Positions 26,007 through 38,814 of a DNA stretch of 64,000 bases are shown here, piece after piece (the first letter of the stretch is position 1; every line of letters begins with the position of its first letter). Under the pieces are notes generated by a model. It made no database searches, had not been told where the DNA came from, and was given only the letters and a program-made list of their open reading frames with translations. The translations under genes and the position numbers were made by a program. Source of the DNA: Octopus sinensis (Eukaryota). The stretch covers positions 17,980,001 to 18,044,000 of the forward strand of contig NC_042998.1 of NCBI RefSeq assembly GCF_006345805.1, written 5' to 3'.

Positions 26007-26010
<4 letters not shown>
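24444..26010 (+). mobile_element. Penelope-like element, 5'-truncated: RT C-terminus, GIY-YIG endonuclease and 3' pLTR
   Basis: Open frame YKPTDSKQYLPFNSCHP..IPFNLAKR..CGRPNCGIC..FTCASENLIYSLTCSGC.EQYIGQT, stop at 25377. Confidence 0.92.
25920..25957 (+). ncRNA. Minimal type I hammerhead with U3:A8 core
   Basis: CAG-TTGAAAA-GGTC tcaaaat GACC-GAA-ACCGGT-A-CTG, in the PLE 3' region. Confidence 0.75.
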
Positions 26011-26041
<31 letters not shown>

Positions 26042-26042
<1 letters not shown>

Positions 26043-26203
26043 CTTAGGAATGGCTGTGTGGTACGTAGCTTGCTTAACAACCACATGGTTCCGGGTTCAG
26101 TCCCACTGCGTGGCACCTCGGGCAAGTGCATTCTACTATAGCCTCGGGCCGACCAAATCCTCGTGAGTGGATTTGGTAGACGGAAAATGAAAGAAGCCCG
26201 TCG

Positions 26204-26237
<34 letters not shown>

Positions 26238-26488
26238 TGTATGTATGTATGTATGTATGTATGTATGTGTGTGTGTATATGTTTGTGCGTCTATGTTTGT
26301 TCCCCCTCCCAAATCGCGTGACAAGTGATGCTGGTGTGTTTACGCCCCCGTAACTTAGCGGTTCGGCAAAAGAGACCGATAGAATAAGTACTAGGCTTAC
26401 AAAGAATAAGCCCTCGGGTCGATTTGCTCGACTAAAGGCGGTGCTCAAGCATGTCCACAGTCAAATGACTGAAACAACTAAAACAGGA

Positions 26489-26490
<2 letters not shown>
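26042..26490 (+). mobile_element. SINE family A
   Basis: Family A consensus with internal (GTAT)n. Confidence 0.9.
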
Positions 26491-26547
<57 letters not shown>

Positions 26548-26957
26548 CACACACATTTACGGTACATTTATCCATATACATACACAGGGACACACACATA
26601 TATGTAATGTAGGAAGGCAGATAAGCACAAGTAAACGTAATGCGTATATTGACATGGAATATAAAATACTGAATACAGAATAAGGAATACAAAAAGCAAC
26701 AGCTGTTGCGACTGCATCATGGTTTATACCGTAACCACATTCATCACATAACAAAGATTCCTCACAGCCTGGAAATAACACGTGATTCTAAGAATCCGTT
26801 ATGCAAGGCCAATTCATCTGGCAAAGGCATATTTCATAGTATTTACAAGTATATAAGTTTACAGAAATAGAAAAAAAGGAAAATAGAAAAGAAATAGAAG
26901 GAAAGATGAGGAAGAGGTGTGGGATGAGCAAAGCAGAATTACTGCTATGAGAGAGGA

Positions 26958-27338
26958 GGAAGCACTCCGTCGGTTACGACGACGAGGGTTCCGGTTGATC
27001 CGATCAACGGAACAGCCTGCTCGTCAAATTAACGTGTAAGTGGCTGAGCACTCCACAGACACGTGTACCCTTAACGTAGTTCTCGGGGATATTCAGCGTG
27101 ACAATAGAGAGTGACAAGGCCGGCCCTTTGAAATACAGGCACAACAGAAACAGGAAGAAAGAGTGAGAGAAAGTTGTGGTGAAAGAGTACAGCAGGGATC
27201 ACCACCATCCCCTGCCGGAGCCTCGTGGGACTTTAGGTGTTTTCTCTCAATAAACACTCACAACGCCCGGTCTGGGAATCGAAACCGCGATCCTATGACC
27301 GCGAGTCCGCTGCCCTAACCACTGGGCCATTGCGCCCC
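26958..27338 (-). mobile_element. SINE family C
   Basis: Reverse complement of 15267-15652. Confidence 0.9.
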
Positions 27339-27864
27339 CAATTGGTAAATATCAGTAACATAAATAAATGAAATAAGAAAAGAAAAGCTATTGGAAGCGA
27401 TGCAGAAAAACGGGTCTATAAAACGGGGATACAACTCTACTGAGTTGTATCCCCGTTTGATAGACCCGTTTTTCTGCAGTGGGTAGAAAGAAAGGGAATG
27501 AGGGAGAGAATTACGATAGTAAATTATAAGTGTTATAGGCAAGAAGGAAAACAATTTAAATCAGTTTTAATTAATTCAAACTTAATTAAAAATCAGAGTA
27601 AAGAAAACAGGCAAGTTAGTTCTTACAGTAGTATCATAAGGATTTAAGTTAATGACTGGAGGTTTTGTAGAACATATGACTCCACGCGGAAGTCACCCCA
27701 GGAATGCTATTTAGCATTAATGCCTGCCCAGGAATTCTCACGGCTCATTAGTAGATGTCAGACAGAAGAAAAAGTAAGTTGTTACTAATAGAGACGATAT
27801 ACATGGATTCTGTATTAGGTACGTTGGTGTGTGAGTGATTTATATGTTGGGAGGTATGCTGGCG

Positions 27865-27945
<81 letters not shown>

Positions 27946-27946
<1 letters not shown>

Positions 27947-28342
27947 TAGCAGTATCGCCCGGCGTTGCTCGGGTTTGTAACGGAAATAACTATATAAGAA
28001 TTTGTAGAGATGTAAAGTATAATAGCCATCTCAATATGGCTAACCACAAAGGGCGGGGTGTTACTGTAGCTTTTTACGTTCTGAGATTTAATAATAAATT
28101 TTTAGAGCGTTACTTCCCTTATATATGCCAAAAATGCATTAAAAATGGGAAAAATTGATGGTAATTTTTTTTTTAAATCGTAGACTCATCGTAGACGCGC
28201 GCTAATACACAGAAGCGCTCGATATGAATCACGACTATAAGATACCCGGTTTTGGTTAAACTGCACCGCAAAATGTGGGAGTAGTTAGGAATCTAAATCG
28301 TAAGAGACAGACAGCACACAACCTCACTTTTATATATAAAGA
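27946..28342 (-). mobile_element. Non-autonomous Helitron
   Basis: Minus strand starts TCTTTATATATAAAA and ends cccgagcaacgccggg hairpin + CTAG; sits between A and T. Confidence 0.8.
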
Positions 28343-28363
28343 TATATGTATATATATATAAAA

Positions 28364-28675
28364 GAGCACTCCATCGGTTACGACGACGAGGGTCGCTGCT
28401 GATACGATCAACGGAACAGCCTGCTCATGAAATTAACGTGCAAGTGACTGAGCAAACCACAGACACGCGTACCCCTGACGTACTTCTCAGGGAGATTCAG
28501 CCTGACACAAAGTGTGACAAGGCCCGGTCCTTTGAAATACTCGTACAAATCATTTTTGCCAGCTGAGTGGACTGGAGCAACATGAAATAAAGTGTCTTGC
28601 TCAAGGACACAACGCGTCGCCAGGAATCGAACTCACGACCTTACAACCGAGAGCCGAATGCCCTAACTACTAAGC
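28364..28675 (-). mobile_element. SINE family C2 (CORE-like body, family C 3' tail)
   Basis: Head and ttgtgtccttgagcaagacactt shared with family D; tail shared with family C. Confidence 0.8.
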
Positions 28676-28767
28676 ATCGGAATAAATGTTAGGATATTAC
28701 TTCCGGATTGCGTTTAAACATTGATCTGCCCTCTTAGTTTTGATGTGGGGCTAAACGTCATCATCCA

Positions 28768-28952
28768 TACCTATTTCTTTATTACCCACAAAGGGCTAAA
28801 CACAGAGGTGACCAACAAGGACAGATATAGGTATTAAGTCGATTACATCGACCCCAGTGCGTAACTGGTACTTAATTTATCGACCCCGAAAGGACGAAAG
28901 GCAAAGTCGACCTCGGCGGAATTTGAACTCACAACGTAACGCAGACGAAATA
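28768..28952 (-). mobile_element. SINE family B, headless
   Basis: Family B consensus, truncated at the gtat/ttat restart site. Confidence 0.85.
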
Positions 28953-29602
28953 ATACCAATCATTCCTCTCCACTACGACGGTAGCGAAGTTTTGAAACGT
29001 AGTTCTCTCACACACATAGCACTGCTTCGGTTCAGTTTCCGACTTCTCTTTGAAATTGCCTTGATATTCCATGATTTTAATTGTATCTCAGTGTTGTACA
29101 TTGTCATTTGTTGTTTGTTTATACTATCGAATTTTATCGGTGATCAAATACATATAAGATCAAAACCGTTACAAGAAAGACTATCCTTTAAATTTAATGT
29201 TTATTTTCAGATTTATCATGCATCAAGTACATTATCCACTACGTTTATCTAATTATGTGAACGGTGTATTATAGAACGTCTGGCTTTATCATGAAGAAAC
29301 TACTTCATTTATCGATTTATGTCTCGATTATTAGCACGTTGTGAGGTACCTTCGTCGTATAATAAGTGTTTAAGTCAATAAAGTAATAATTATTTGTTAA
29401 GACATTTGGCTATGAAATCCATTGTGGGTAATCAATCTTCGTGCGGATAAGGAAATCTATGCAAACTTACATCACCCCAGTAAAAGGAAGTCTTGTAAAA
29501 TACACGGAGAATTTTCTGAGAAAATCATCTGCATTAGAATTGTTCCAGTGATTCATGGCCCTTAGTCACCTGACTTAGGTTCTGACAATTTATAATGTTT
29601 AA

Positions 29603-29836
29603 AAGGCGGTGAGCTGACAGAAACGTTAGCACGCCGGGCGAAATGAGTATCCGTATTTCGTCTGCCGTTACCTTCTCTGTTCAAATTCCGCCGAGGTCGA
29701 CTTTGCCTTTCATCCTTTTCTGGGTCGATAAATTAAGTACCAATTAAGCACTGGGGTCTATGTAATTGCCTTAATCCGTTTGTCTGTCCTTGTTTGTCCC
29801 CTCTATACTTAGCCCCTTGTGGGTAATAAAGAAACA
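29603..29836 (+). mobile_element. SINE family B with TSD
   Basis: 12-bp TSD tataatgtttaa at 29591-29602 and 29837-29848. Confidence 0.9.
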
Positions 29837-30202
29837 TATAATGTTTAAGATAGGTGACATGAATTTTAACTGATCTCGACTTCAGCTGACGGAGTATATA
29901 ATTAAACCTACACATGTGAAATTTAATAAAAGGGGACAAGTTACTTGACAATGGTTTGCTTTTTTTTTTTACCTAAAAATACTGTCCTTTCAATTGTTTT
30001 TAGAGATGTACATTACTAGCTGGTTATGCTTGTCCACTGAATCTGATGATGACCATTTTATTCTCCATTTGTTTACTGTTAGTTGATATAAAACTTATTT
30101 CGAATTGCTGATAGTTAAATCTCTTGCTTTCTGCAGCGCTCAGTTGACCGATAATAAATGATTTCTACGTTGAAACGAGACTGCAGGTTTTCGATACGTC
30201 TA

Positions 30203-30540
30203 CTTCGAGGTCCATTCAGGTATAATCCGATATCATCCGACAGATGTCAAATAATTTAGATTTGTTTAAATCTGATCATAGTACTCTAGCAGTAAAGCTG
30301 GAGTACTATTTATTAATAAAATAAGTTTTGTCCCGAATTTAAGACATCTTAGAATTTTTCTATACGTAAGCTTCGAGGTCCATTCAGGTATAATCCGATA
30401 TCATCCGACAGATGTCAAATAATTTAGATTTGTTTAAATCTGATCGTAGTACTCTAGCACTAACGCTGGAGTACTATTTATTAATAAAATAAGTTTTGTC
30501 CCGAATTTAAGACATCTTAGAGTTTTTCTATACGTAAGCT
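30203..30540. repeat. 168-bp tandem duplication containing a 12-bp hairpin
   Basis: Units start at 30203 and 30371; near-identical. Confidence 0.9.
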
Positions 30541-31837
30541 TTCAATGTCGGCAAAATCACTCGGAATTGAATCACGTTCGACGCATTGAATATTATGAGA
30601 CAATTGAAAAGAATGAGAGAAAAACCTATCTCTTTCAAACTATAACGTTTCAAGTAGTTCTTTCAGTTTCAGTATTTTGTTTGTGTAAATATTTAATTTT
30701 CTATCATTTCAAATCTGAGTGGTTTTAAGGGAATTTGCAAACAATTTGGCCTTAGTTGATCAAACAACGTTTATCACTCTCCAGTATCTGTTGTATGTAA
30801 TGGAAGGTGATTATGCTTGTTACATCTGTTACATTACAAACATAAGAAGAGGAGAAAGAAAACAATATAAAGAAAACTAAAAGCGTTAAAATGTACATAA
30901 TGTCTGGAAAGCCTGGACGTTGAAGTAATTGGCAATTCACATAACAAAAATGGAAAAACGAAGGTGGCGCTGTATGTTTAAGAAACGAAGCAATAAAAGA
31001 CAATAGAATCATCAAACGGCAAAATACAAAAACAATGATGAAGTCGAATTAGCTCCATGTTTACACAACTTGGCTCTAGAGTATATACGTAATATATATA
31101 TAAATATGGTGGGATACAGGCGGAAAATCGTTTAGCAATAGTGCTAATAGCTATAGTAAAATTCTTAAATCGCACACATCTTCTAATCTTTTACGCTGTT
31201 TCTTTTAGATCCATTGTTATTGTTGATAATGATGATGATAACGGCAACGGCAATTATGAAGAAAATCATGATTGTAATAATGTTGATAATGATCACTATG
31301 ACAACGATGACGACGAAGATGATGGCGAGGATAATGATAACTGCGGTGACCGTGATGGCGATTTTCCCATGAATTTTCAATAGATTTCTACAATGTATTT
31401 TCATTTTTTTTTTCCAGGGAACTTATGAGAAAATTTACATTAAATAAATAGAGAATGCTTTCTGGCGAAGATTGGCAACACGGGAATTACATTCCATAAA
31501 ATCTGGAAGATATACACGCACACAATAAAATTTGTTTTTATGGCGAACTGCCTCAAACTACTTAGAGAAATGCATAATCGATTGAAGTGACCATAGATAT
31601 GTCTAATTCTGATGTGAACCCAAAGTAACTGGCACGAGCTTTCTCGGTCTACTTGGAATAAAATTCTATGCAGCCTTTACTTTACACTTTAATCTACTGG
31701 GAAATGTTATATAGCGTGTGTCTAGAATACACTATGACTGGGTTAAAAAGATGAAGTGGACATACTTGAAACTCACATGGTGATCGACCTGCTCAATCAC
31801 GACTGACCTGGTGTTACCTACGGCAGCAACAGCGGTG

Positions 31838-32430
31838 GAGGTGCAATGACCCAGTGGTTAGGGCAGCGGACTCGTGGTCGGAGGATCGCGGTTTCGATTT
31901 CCAGACTGGCGTTGTGTGTATTTATTGAGCGAAAACACCTAAAGCTCCACGAGTTTCCGGCACGGGGTGGTGGCGACCCCCTGTTGTACTCTTTCGCTCC
32001 AACTTTCTCTCACTCTTTCTTCCTGTTCCTTGTTCCCGACTTCCTATGCAACCGCTGAGCCTGGATGCGCATTTATCCATCCGTCGATGTTCTCGTTGTC
32101 GGGGGTTGACCAGCTATCTCTTCTGCGGGTCTTACGAATAGCAAAGGACCACGTTTCGGAATTCTCCCACTACAGACATGGGACGAAGACCGCTTCGCTC
32201 AACAGATAAACAAACAAGCAGCAACAGCATCAGCTGTGGAGGCGCAATTTCCCAGTGGTTAAGGCAGCGAACTCGCGGTCGTAAGAACGCGTTCGATTCC
32301 CAGACCGAACATTGTGAATGTTTATTGAGCAAAAATACCTAAGCTCCACGAAGCTCCAGCGTGAGGTGGTGAAGCTCGCTGTACTCTTTCACCACAAATT
32401 TCTCTCATTTTTTCTTCCTACTTCTGCCAC
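31838..32430 (+). mobile_element. Two family C SINE heads/partial copies
   Basis: ggaggtgcaatgacccagtgg at about 31838 and ggaggcgcaatttcccagtgg at about 32258. Confidence 0.8.
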
Positions 32431-33056
32431 AAAGCAGAGGGACCATGGTGTAACCCACTATAGTGGGGTAAACTTTCAGACCCTAGTCTAGATTGCGAAT
32501 CCTCTGTACTCCAGTATGGTTCAGCTTTCCACCCGTTAAAAGCCACCGTTTACGGAATGAGGACAACAACGTAGCTTTCACGCCCGTGCAACCGCCAGTC
32601 TATCGCGTGTGGTGGGTGGATCTTCAAGTTGCGCACGCACTCTCAGTAGCTTAGAGTAGGCTCGAATTAGAGATTATTCTTTGTGGCTAATGACGTGAGT
32701 CCTGATTAGAAGAAGAACAATGAAGAAGCAACAGCATCAGCTACTACTGACCAAGTCAACAAGCGACATCTATGTTGTTGCTCGCCGTCTGAGACACAGT
32801 AGTTACATCTCGCGTATATTTTTACAGGCTGTCATCTGACAAAAAAGACGTGTATATTATATAATGTCCAAATTTTCCGTTAGAGATTATGTTCATTGTT
32901 GGGATGTGTTTATATTGTTGGTGTTATTGCTGTCGTATTGATGGTGTCGACAGAAATGTGGTTCTGTCTTCTTGCATTCTTTGCTGTGAAGATAAAACCT
33001 TTGAAATAAATGTCTAATTTATTTATTATATTCAGAATGCACAAATGTAAAATATG

Positions 33057-33724
33057 TATTTCTTTATTGCCCACAAGGGGTTAAGCATAGAGGGGACAAA
33101 CAAGGATAGACAAAGGGATTAAGTCGATTGCATCGACCCCACTGCGTAACTGGTACGTTATTTATCGACCCCGAAAGGATGAAAGGCAAAGTCGACCTCG
33201 GCGGAATTTGAACTCAGAACGGAACGTAGCGGCAGACGAAATACCTATTTCTTTACAACCCACAAGGGGCTAATCACAGAGGGGACACACAAGGACAGAC
33301 AAACGGATTAAGTCGATTACATCAACCCCAGTGTGTAACTGGCACTTAATTTATCGACCCCGAAAAGATGAAAGGCAAAGTCGACCTCGGAATTTGAACT
33401 CACAACATAACGGCAGACGAAATACGGCTACGCATTTCGCCCGACGTGCTAACGTTTCTGCCAGCTCGCCGCCTCCGCAGACGAAATACCTATTTCTTTA
33501 CTACCCACAAGGGGCTAAACACAGAGGGGACAAACAAGGACAGACAAACGGATTAAGTCGATTACATCAACCCCGGTGTGTAACTGGTACTTAATTTATC
33601 GACCCCGAAAGGATGAAAAGCAAAGTCGACCTCGGCGGAATTTGAACTCAGAACGTAACGGTAGCTGAAATACTGCTAAGCATTCCAGCCGGCGTGCTAA
33701 CGATTCTGCCAGCTCGCCGCCTTT
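33057..33724 (-). mobile_element. SINE family B three-unit array
   Basis: Reverse-complement units joined at gaaatac|ctatttc junctions. Confidence 0.9.
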
Positions 33725-34397
33725 TAGCCGCAAATATATATAGCAAAATATAGCCGAAAGCTCGCCGCAAAATATAGCCTCGATGGAAGTTGAGCGCATA
33801 ATGTTAGGCATTTAAATGAATATCCTACACTGAACTAATAACTGTTCTCCTTTATCTACAACAAAAAATACGGAAGGGAAACTAAATTTATTCCCTGAAT
33901 ATAGTATTTCATCTGCGTATGCGAAAAGAAAAAAAAAACGCTTTTACTATATTGTAAATGTACTTTCAGTATTTTCAAAATATTTACCTACCTACTTAAT
34001 GGCTCTCTATTTCTGTGAAAGACTATGAAATTCTATTTAATTTTAATGAATGCAGTTAAACGGTTTACTATTTGTCCTTGATGAAACTGAAAGGCAAAAA
34101 AATGAAAATAAAACGGTTGAAATAGGTCAGAAGCGATTTTAACAAAACACTCTAACGTTTCTGTTACCTGACACTAAACTACTGAAGTGATTTCTGATAT
34201 GGAAACACAGTTATAGATTTTGAGAAAAGAGGGCAATCGATTAAATCAACAATAAAGTCTTGGATCTTATTTTTTCAAACCGAATCGAAGAAACACGAAA
34301 TTGATTTCGGCAAGATTAATTGTATAAGACAAAAAATTACTTTCAGGTATTTTATCCGACGGTGCGTGTGTGTGTGTGAGAGAGAGTGTACATTTGT

Positions 34398-34428
<31 letters not shown>

Positions 34429-34516
34429 CATGTGAGTGAGTGTGCATTTGTGTGTGTATTGTTGTTTTTATATACTGCCCTGCATAAACACTAAATTTGT
34501 AAATATAACAATTTAT

Positions 34517-35297
34517 CTATTTCCTTACTACCCACAAGGGGCTAAAAACAGAGAGGACAAACAAGGACAGACAAACGGATTAAGTCTATTACATTGACCC
34601 CAGTGCATAACTGGTACTTATTTAATCGACCCCGAAAGGATGAAAGCAAAGTCGACCTCGGTGGAATTTGAACTCAGAACGTAGCGGCAGACGAAATACC
34701 TATTTCTTTATTACCACAAGGGGCTAAAGACAGAGGAGACAAACAAGGACAGACAACGGATTAAGTCGATTGCATCGACCCGTGCGTAAACTGGTACTTA
34801 TTTAATCGACCCCAAAGGATGAAAGGCACAGTCGACCTCGGTTGAATTTGAACTCATCAACGTAGCGGCAGACGAAATACCTATTTCTTTATTACCCCAA
34901 AGGGGCTAAAGACGAGAGACAACAAGGACAGACAAACGATTAAGTCGATTGCATCGATCCCAGTGCGTAACTGGTACTTATTTAATCGACCCCGAAAGGA
35001 TGAAAGGCAAAGTCGACCTCGTGGAATTTGAACTGAGAACGTAGCGGCAGACGAAATACCTATTTCTTTATTACCCACAAGGGGCTAAAGACAGAGGAGA
35101 CAAACAAGGACAGACAAACGGATTAAGTCGATTGCATCGATCCCAGTGCGTAACTGGTACTTATTTAATCGACCCCGAAAGGATGAAAGGCAAAGTCGAC
35201 CTCGGCGGAATTTGAACTCAGAACGTAACGGCAGACGAAATAAATACTGCTAAGCATTTCGCCCGGCGTTCTAACGATTCTGCCAGCTCGCCCTGCC
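34517..35297 (-). mobile_element. SINE family B four-unit concatemer
   Basis: One head (35240-35297) plus three headless units, junctions near 34698, 34878, 35058. Confidence 0.9.
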
Positions 35298-35366
35298 TTT
35301 TTAAATACAATTATAAGCAAGGCAAATTTTAGCGATTTCTCCACAGAATGAATAAACAATGAACAC

Positions 35367-35407
35367 CCTTAATCAATTTTCGAACCTTATTAGATTCTCA
35401 TCAGAGA
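35367..35407 (-). ncRNA. Hammerhead-like motif
   Basis: TCT-CTGATGA-GAATC taataa GGTTC-GAA-AATTGATT-A-AGG; weak 3-bp stem I. Confidence 0.55.
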
Positions 35408-35499
35408 CGTCCACATCACTTTGACGATCTCCAATTTGTAAGTATAACAATTTATCTCGTCGTTACACGGCCAAAAATGTTAATGGGGCAAGAGGAGAA

Positions 35500-37110
35500 A
35501 GGTGATAGCGTATTTCTATGGAGGGGCTAGCGTACCATCCAACCGGTCGGCTGGGTGTGTTTGCACAGAAGGTCTTTATAAATATATTTTCTCGCTGTTA
35601 TTTCTACTCACGTCACTGCTGGCTTTAGTGTTGCATCTGCTGTTATTGTTGATGTTGTTACTGCCACCTGCCGTTGATGCTGCTGTAGCTTATACTGCTG
35701 AAGTCTTCTTCTCTTCTTCTTCTTCTTCTTCTTCTTCTTCTTCTTCGATCTTCTTCTTCTTCTTTCTCCTCTCTTCTTCTTCTTTTTCTTCCTCTGTCTC
35801 TTCTTGTCTTCTCTCTTCATTCTTCTTCTTCTTCTTCGTCTTCTTCTCTCTTCTTCTTCTTCTTCTTCTTTTCTTTTCTTTTCTTCTTCTTCTTCTTCTT
35901 CTTTTTCTTTTCAACTTCTTCTTCCAATCAGGACTCAGCCATTAGGCACAAAGAATAATCTCTAATTCGAGCATACTCTAGGCTACTAAGAATGCGTGTG
36001 GCAACTTGAAGATCCACACCACCACACGCGATAGACTGGCGGTTGCACGGGTACGAAAGCTACGATATTTGTTTCGTATGGTGTTGTGTATATATCGCTC
36101 TTAACGGATAATTTGTATATGTGTTAATATGTCATATGTATGTGTTATGAAATGTGATCGCGTGTGTACCGTTGGCGATTTTTTTCCTCTGTCTTTCCTT
36201 CTCTGGATCTTTCCTTCTCCTATGTTTCCAACGAAGAGCTCCGCTCGAAACGTTAAACCCTCCTTCTTTCCTTCTTTCCTGAGCGTCCAATAATACTATA
36301 TTTGTTCCACGTCCTCGCGCTGTTGTGTTTTTTTTTATTGTGCTTTCATGTTTGGATTAACTTTGTTATGAAATCATTCTGAGGAATGTATGTGTGCTGA
36401 ATTATGTATTTCTTAGCTGTAATTTGTCTTGGCGGTTGTTCTTGGTTTGCTTATGTAATTATTTTATGTTGGTAATAACAGTTATCTCTGTTAGTAGGTT
36501 GTAACTGTGCTGGTAGCGATAGTGATAATGATGATGTTGTTGATAGTATTTTTGTTGTTACTGGACATGGTGATTATGGTTTGATGTTAGACGTTGTTTC
36601 TTCCGTCCGTTTGCTCATCCCGGTTTCTGTCTCAGCGTGATTGTTTTTTTATTTTACTTTTATCCTAGACCGTTATTTATTGTCATTGCTTCCTTGCTTT
36701 CCTCCTACAGCATTTCTGAATGTTTCCAAGCGAGGACAGGTTTGTCTTGAGGCATCATTAAATTCTTGATTTATCATTTGTGGGCTTTCAGTTTCCGTTC
36801 TTGGTGATGTGCTGATTTTTGGGAGCGGTGATTCTTTTGTTGTTTTGTTTCTGCTATTTGCATTGTTGGTATTATTTTATTTATCTATTTATCTATTTAT
36901 TTATTTATTTATTTATTGGTTGTTGTTCCTGCTTAATTCGCGGCTGCTGGTTTTAGTGTTGCATTTGCAATCATTATAGACGTTAAGCAGGCCTTCAGCT
37001 GTTGGTGCTGCTACTGTTTATATGGTTGGTGTTGTTGCTGTCGTGTTGATGGTGTCGACAGAAACGTGGTTCTGTCTTCTTGCATTCTTTGCAGTGAACA
37101 TAAAACCTTG
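35500..37110 (-). mobile_element. Composite repeat region, probably PLE-derived, with (TCT)n expansion and decayed hammerhead (36224-36258, plus)
   Basis: Segments repeated at 32570-32720 (inverted) and 32910-33005 (direct); FYVHCKECKKTEPRFC-like frame near 37050-37105. Confidence 0.45.
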
Positions 37111-37682
37111 AGATGGTCTCTATCCCCACTCAAGTGACACCTTGACTTTGCGCCTTCCACGGCCATATTTTATGCCGAGAGGCAAACTGATGCGGTTCGG
37201 GATAGATTCTATGCTTTCTTCTTTTATTTTTTATCACCAGCTCAATTCTCTGGCTCAATAAATTTTATTTTTGCACTCTCTTAACCAGTAGAATACTAGT
37301 GCTGTTCTCTATGTCGAAGAGGATCACTGCTACGAACCACGAGATGTTTACATTTGGAGGATCATCGCCAATCATTGTTATTATCCTAATGTAAATGTAG
37401 ATTGACATAAGACAGTTTCATAATTCGTCAGTGTTGTTGTGGAGAGCTGTTTGGTTTCATCCTCCGTCACGAATTCCACCTCTACTACTCATATATTTCT
37501 GCCCTAGCGACGTACGATTTGGAGATCCTGTGCTATATGCTGCTGTGGATCTTGTTATATTTTTCGGCACAGTACTGCTAGCCTTTTATTATAAGTTATA
37601 ATTCATAGATTGGTTTCTTTTCGAATAGATTTTGGAATACTTAATTCTGTTTCGGCCAGACATCCTACGGAGGATTTTGGTA

Positions 37683-38084
37683 TACTCTCTTTTACTCTTT
37701 TACTTGTTTCAGTCATTTGACTGCGGCCATGCTGGAGCACCGCCTTTAATCGAGCAACTCGACCCCGGGACTTATTCTTTTGTAAGTCCAGTACTTATTC
37801 TATCGGTCTCTTTTGCCGAACCGCTAAGTAACGGGGACATAAACGGTTGTCAAGCAATGCTAGGGGGGACAAACATAGACACACAAACACAGACACGCAT
37901 ATATATATACATACATATATACGACGGGCTTCTTTCAGTTTCCGTCTACCAAATCCACTCACAAGGCATTGGTCGGCCCGGGGCTATAGCAGAAGACATT
38001 TACCCAAGGTGCCACGCAGTGGGACTGAAGCCAGAACCATGTGGCTGGTTAGCAAGCTACTTACCAGACAGCCACTCCTGCGCC
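37683..38084 (-). mobile_element. SINE family A
   Basis: Family A consensus. Confidence 0.9.
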
Positions 38085-38679
38085 TATTTTCTTTAACTCT
38101 AGAGGTCTTAATCTAATTACTTCTTGCAAGGCGTAACGAACTCATACACATTTATTTGTTAGTTTTCGTACTCTGATTTCTACTTACGTCGCTGTTAACA
38201 ATGGGTGTTGTTACATTTCTCTTTTTCATACGTAATGTTGTTTCATGATCATCGTTGCTTTTGCTGCTGCTCCGGTTGGTACTGGTGGTAGTAGTAGCGT
38301 TACTTCCACAATTCGTTTGTGTCGTTTTAGTTGTCTTTTATGTTGCTATCGTTACGATTGTTGTACATATATTCTCTGTCAACAAATACAACCAGTAGCA
38401 GTGAAACCTCTAACTACGCTTTGATTTGTCAAGCAATGATGTTTTTTTAATATATATATATAAAAATAACTTCGCGTCTAAAATACTCAAACTTTGTCCC
38501 GAAGAGGTAAACATTTCACAAAGTCATCTATCCTCTCAAGATGCTGATTGGCTTAACAACAAAAATTAGAATAACTTTCTTCAAAAATACCATAATTCAA
38601 TAACAACTTACCTGTTGGCTCTTGAAGTCTTTGGCTAAGACTTGGAGCAAACTTGCACAAGTACAAAGCAAAAGTAAAA

Positions 38680-38783
38680 AAATATAATAATAATAATAAT
38701 AATAATAATATATAATAATAATAATAATAATAATAATGATGATAATAATAATAATAATAATAAAAATACTGATGATAATAATT

Positions 38784-38814
<31 letters not shown>

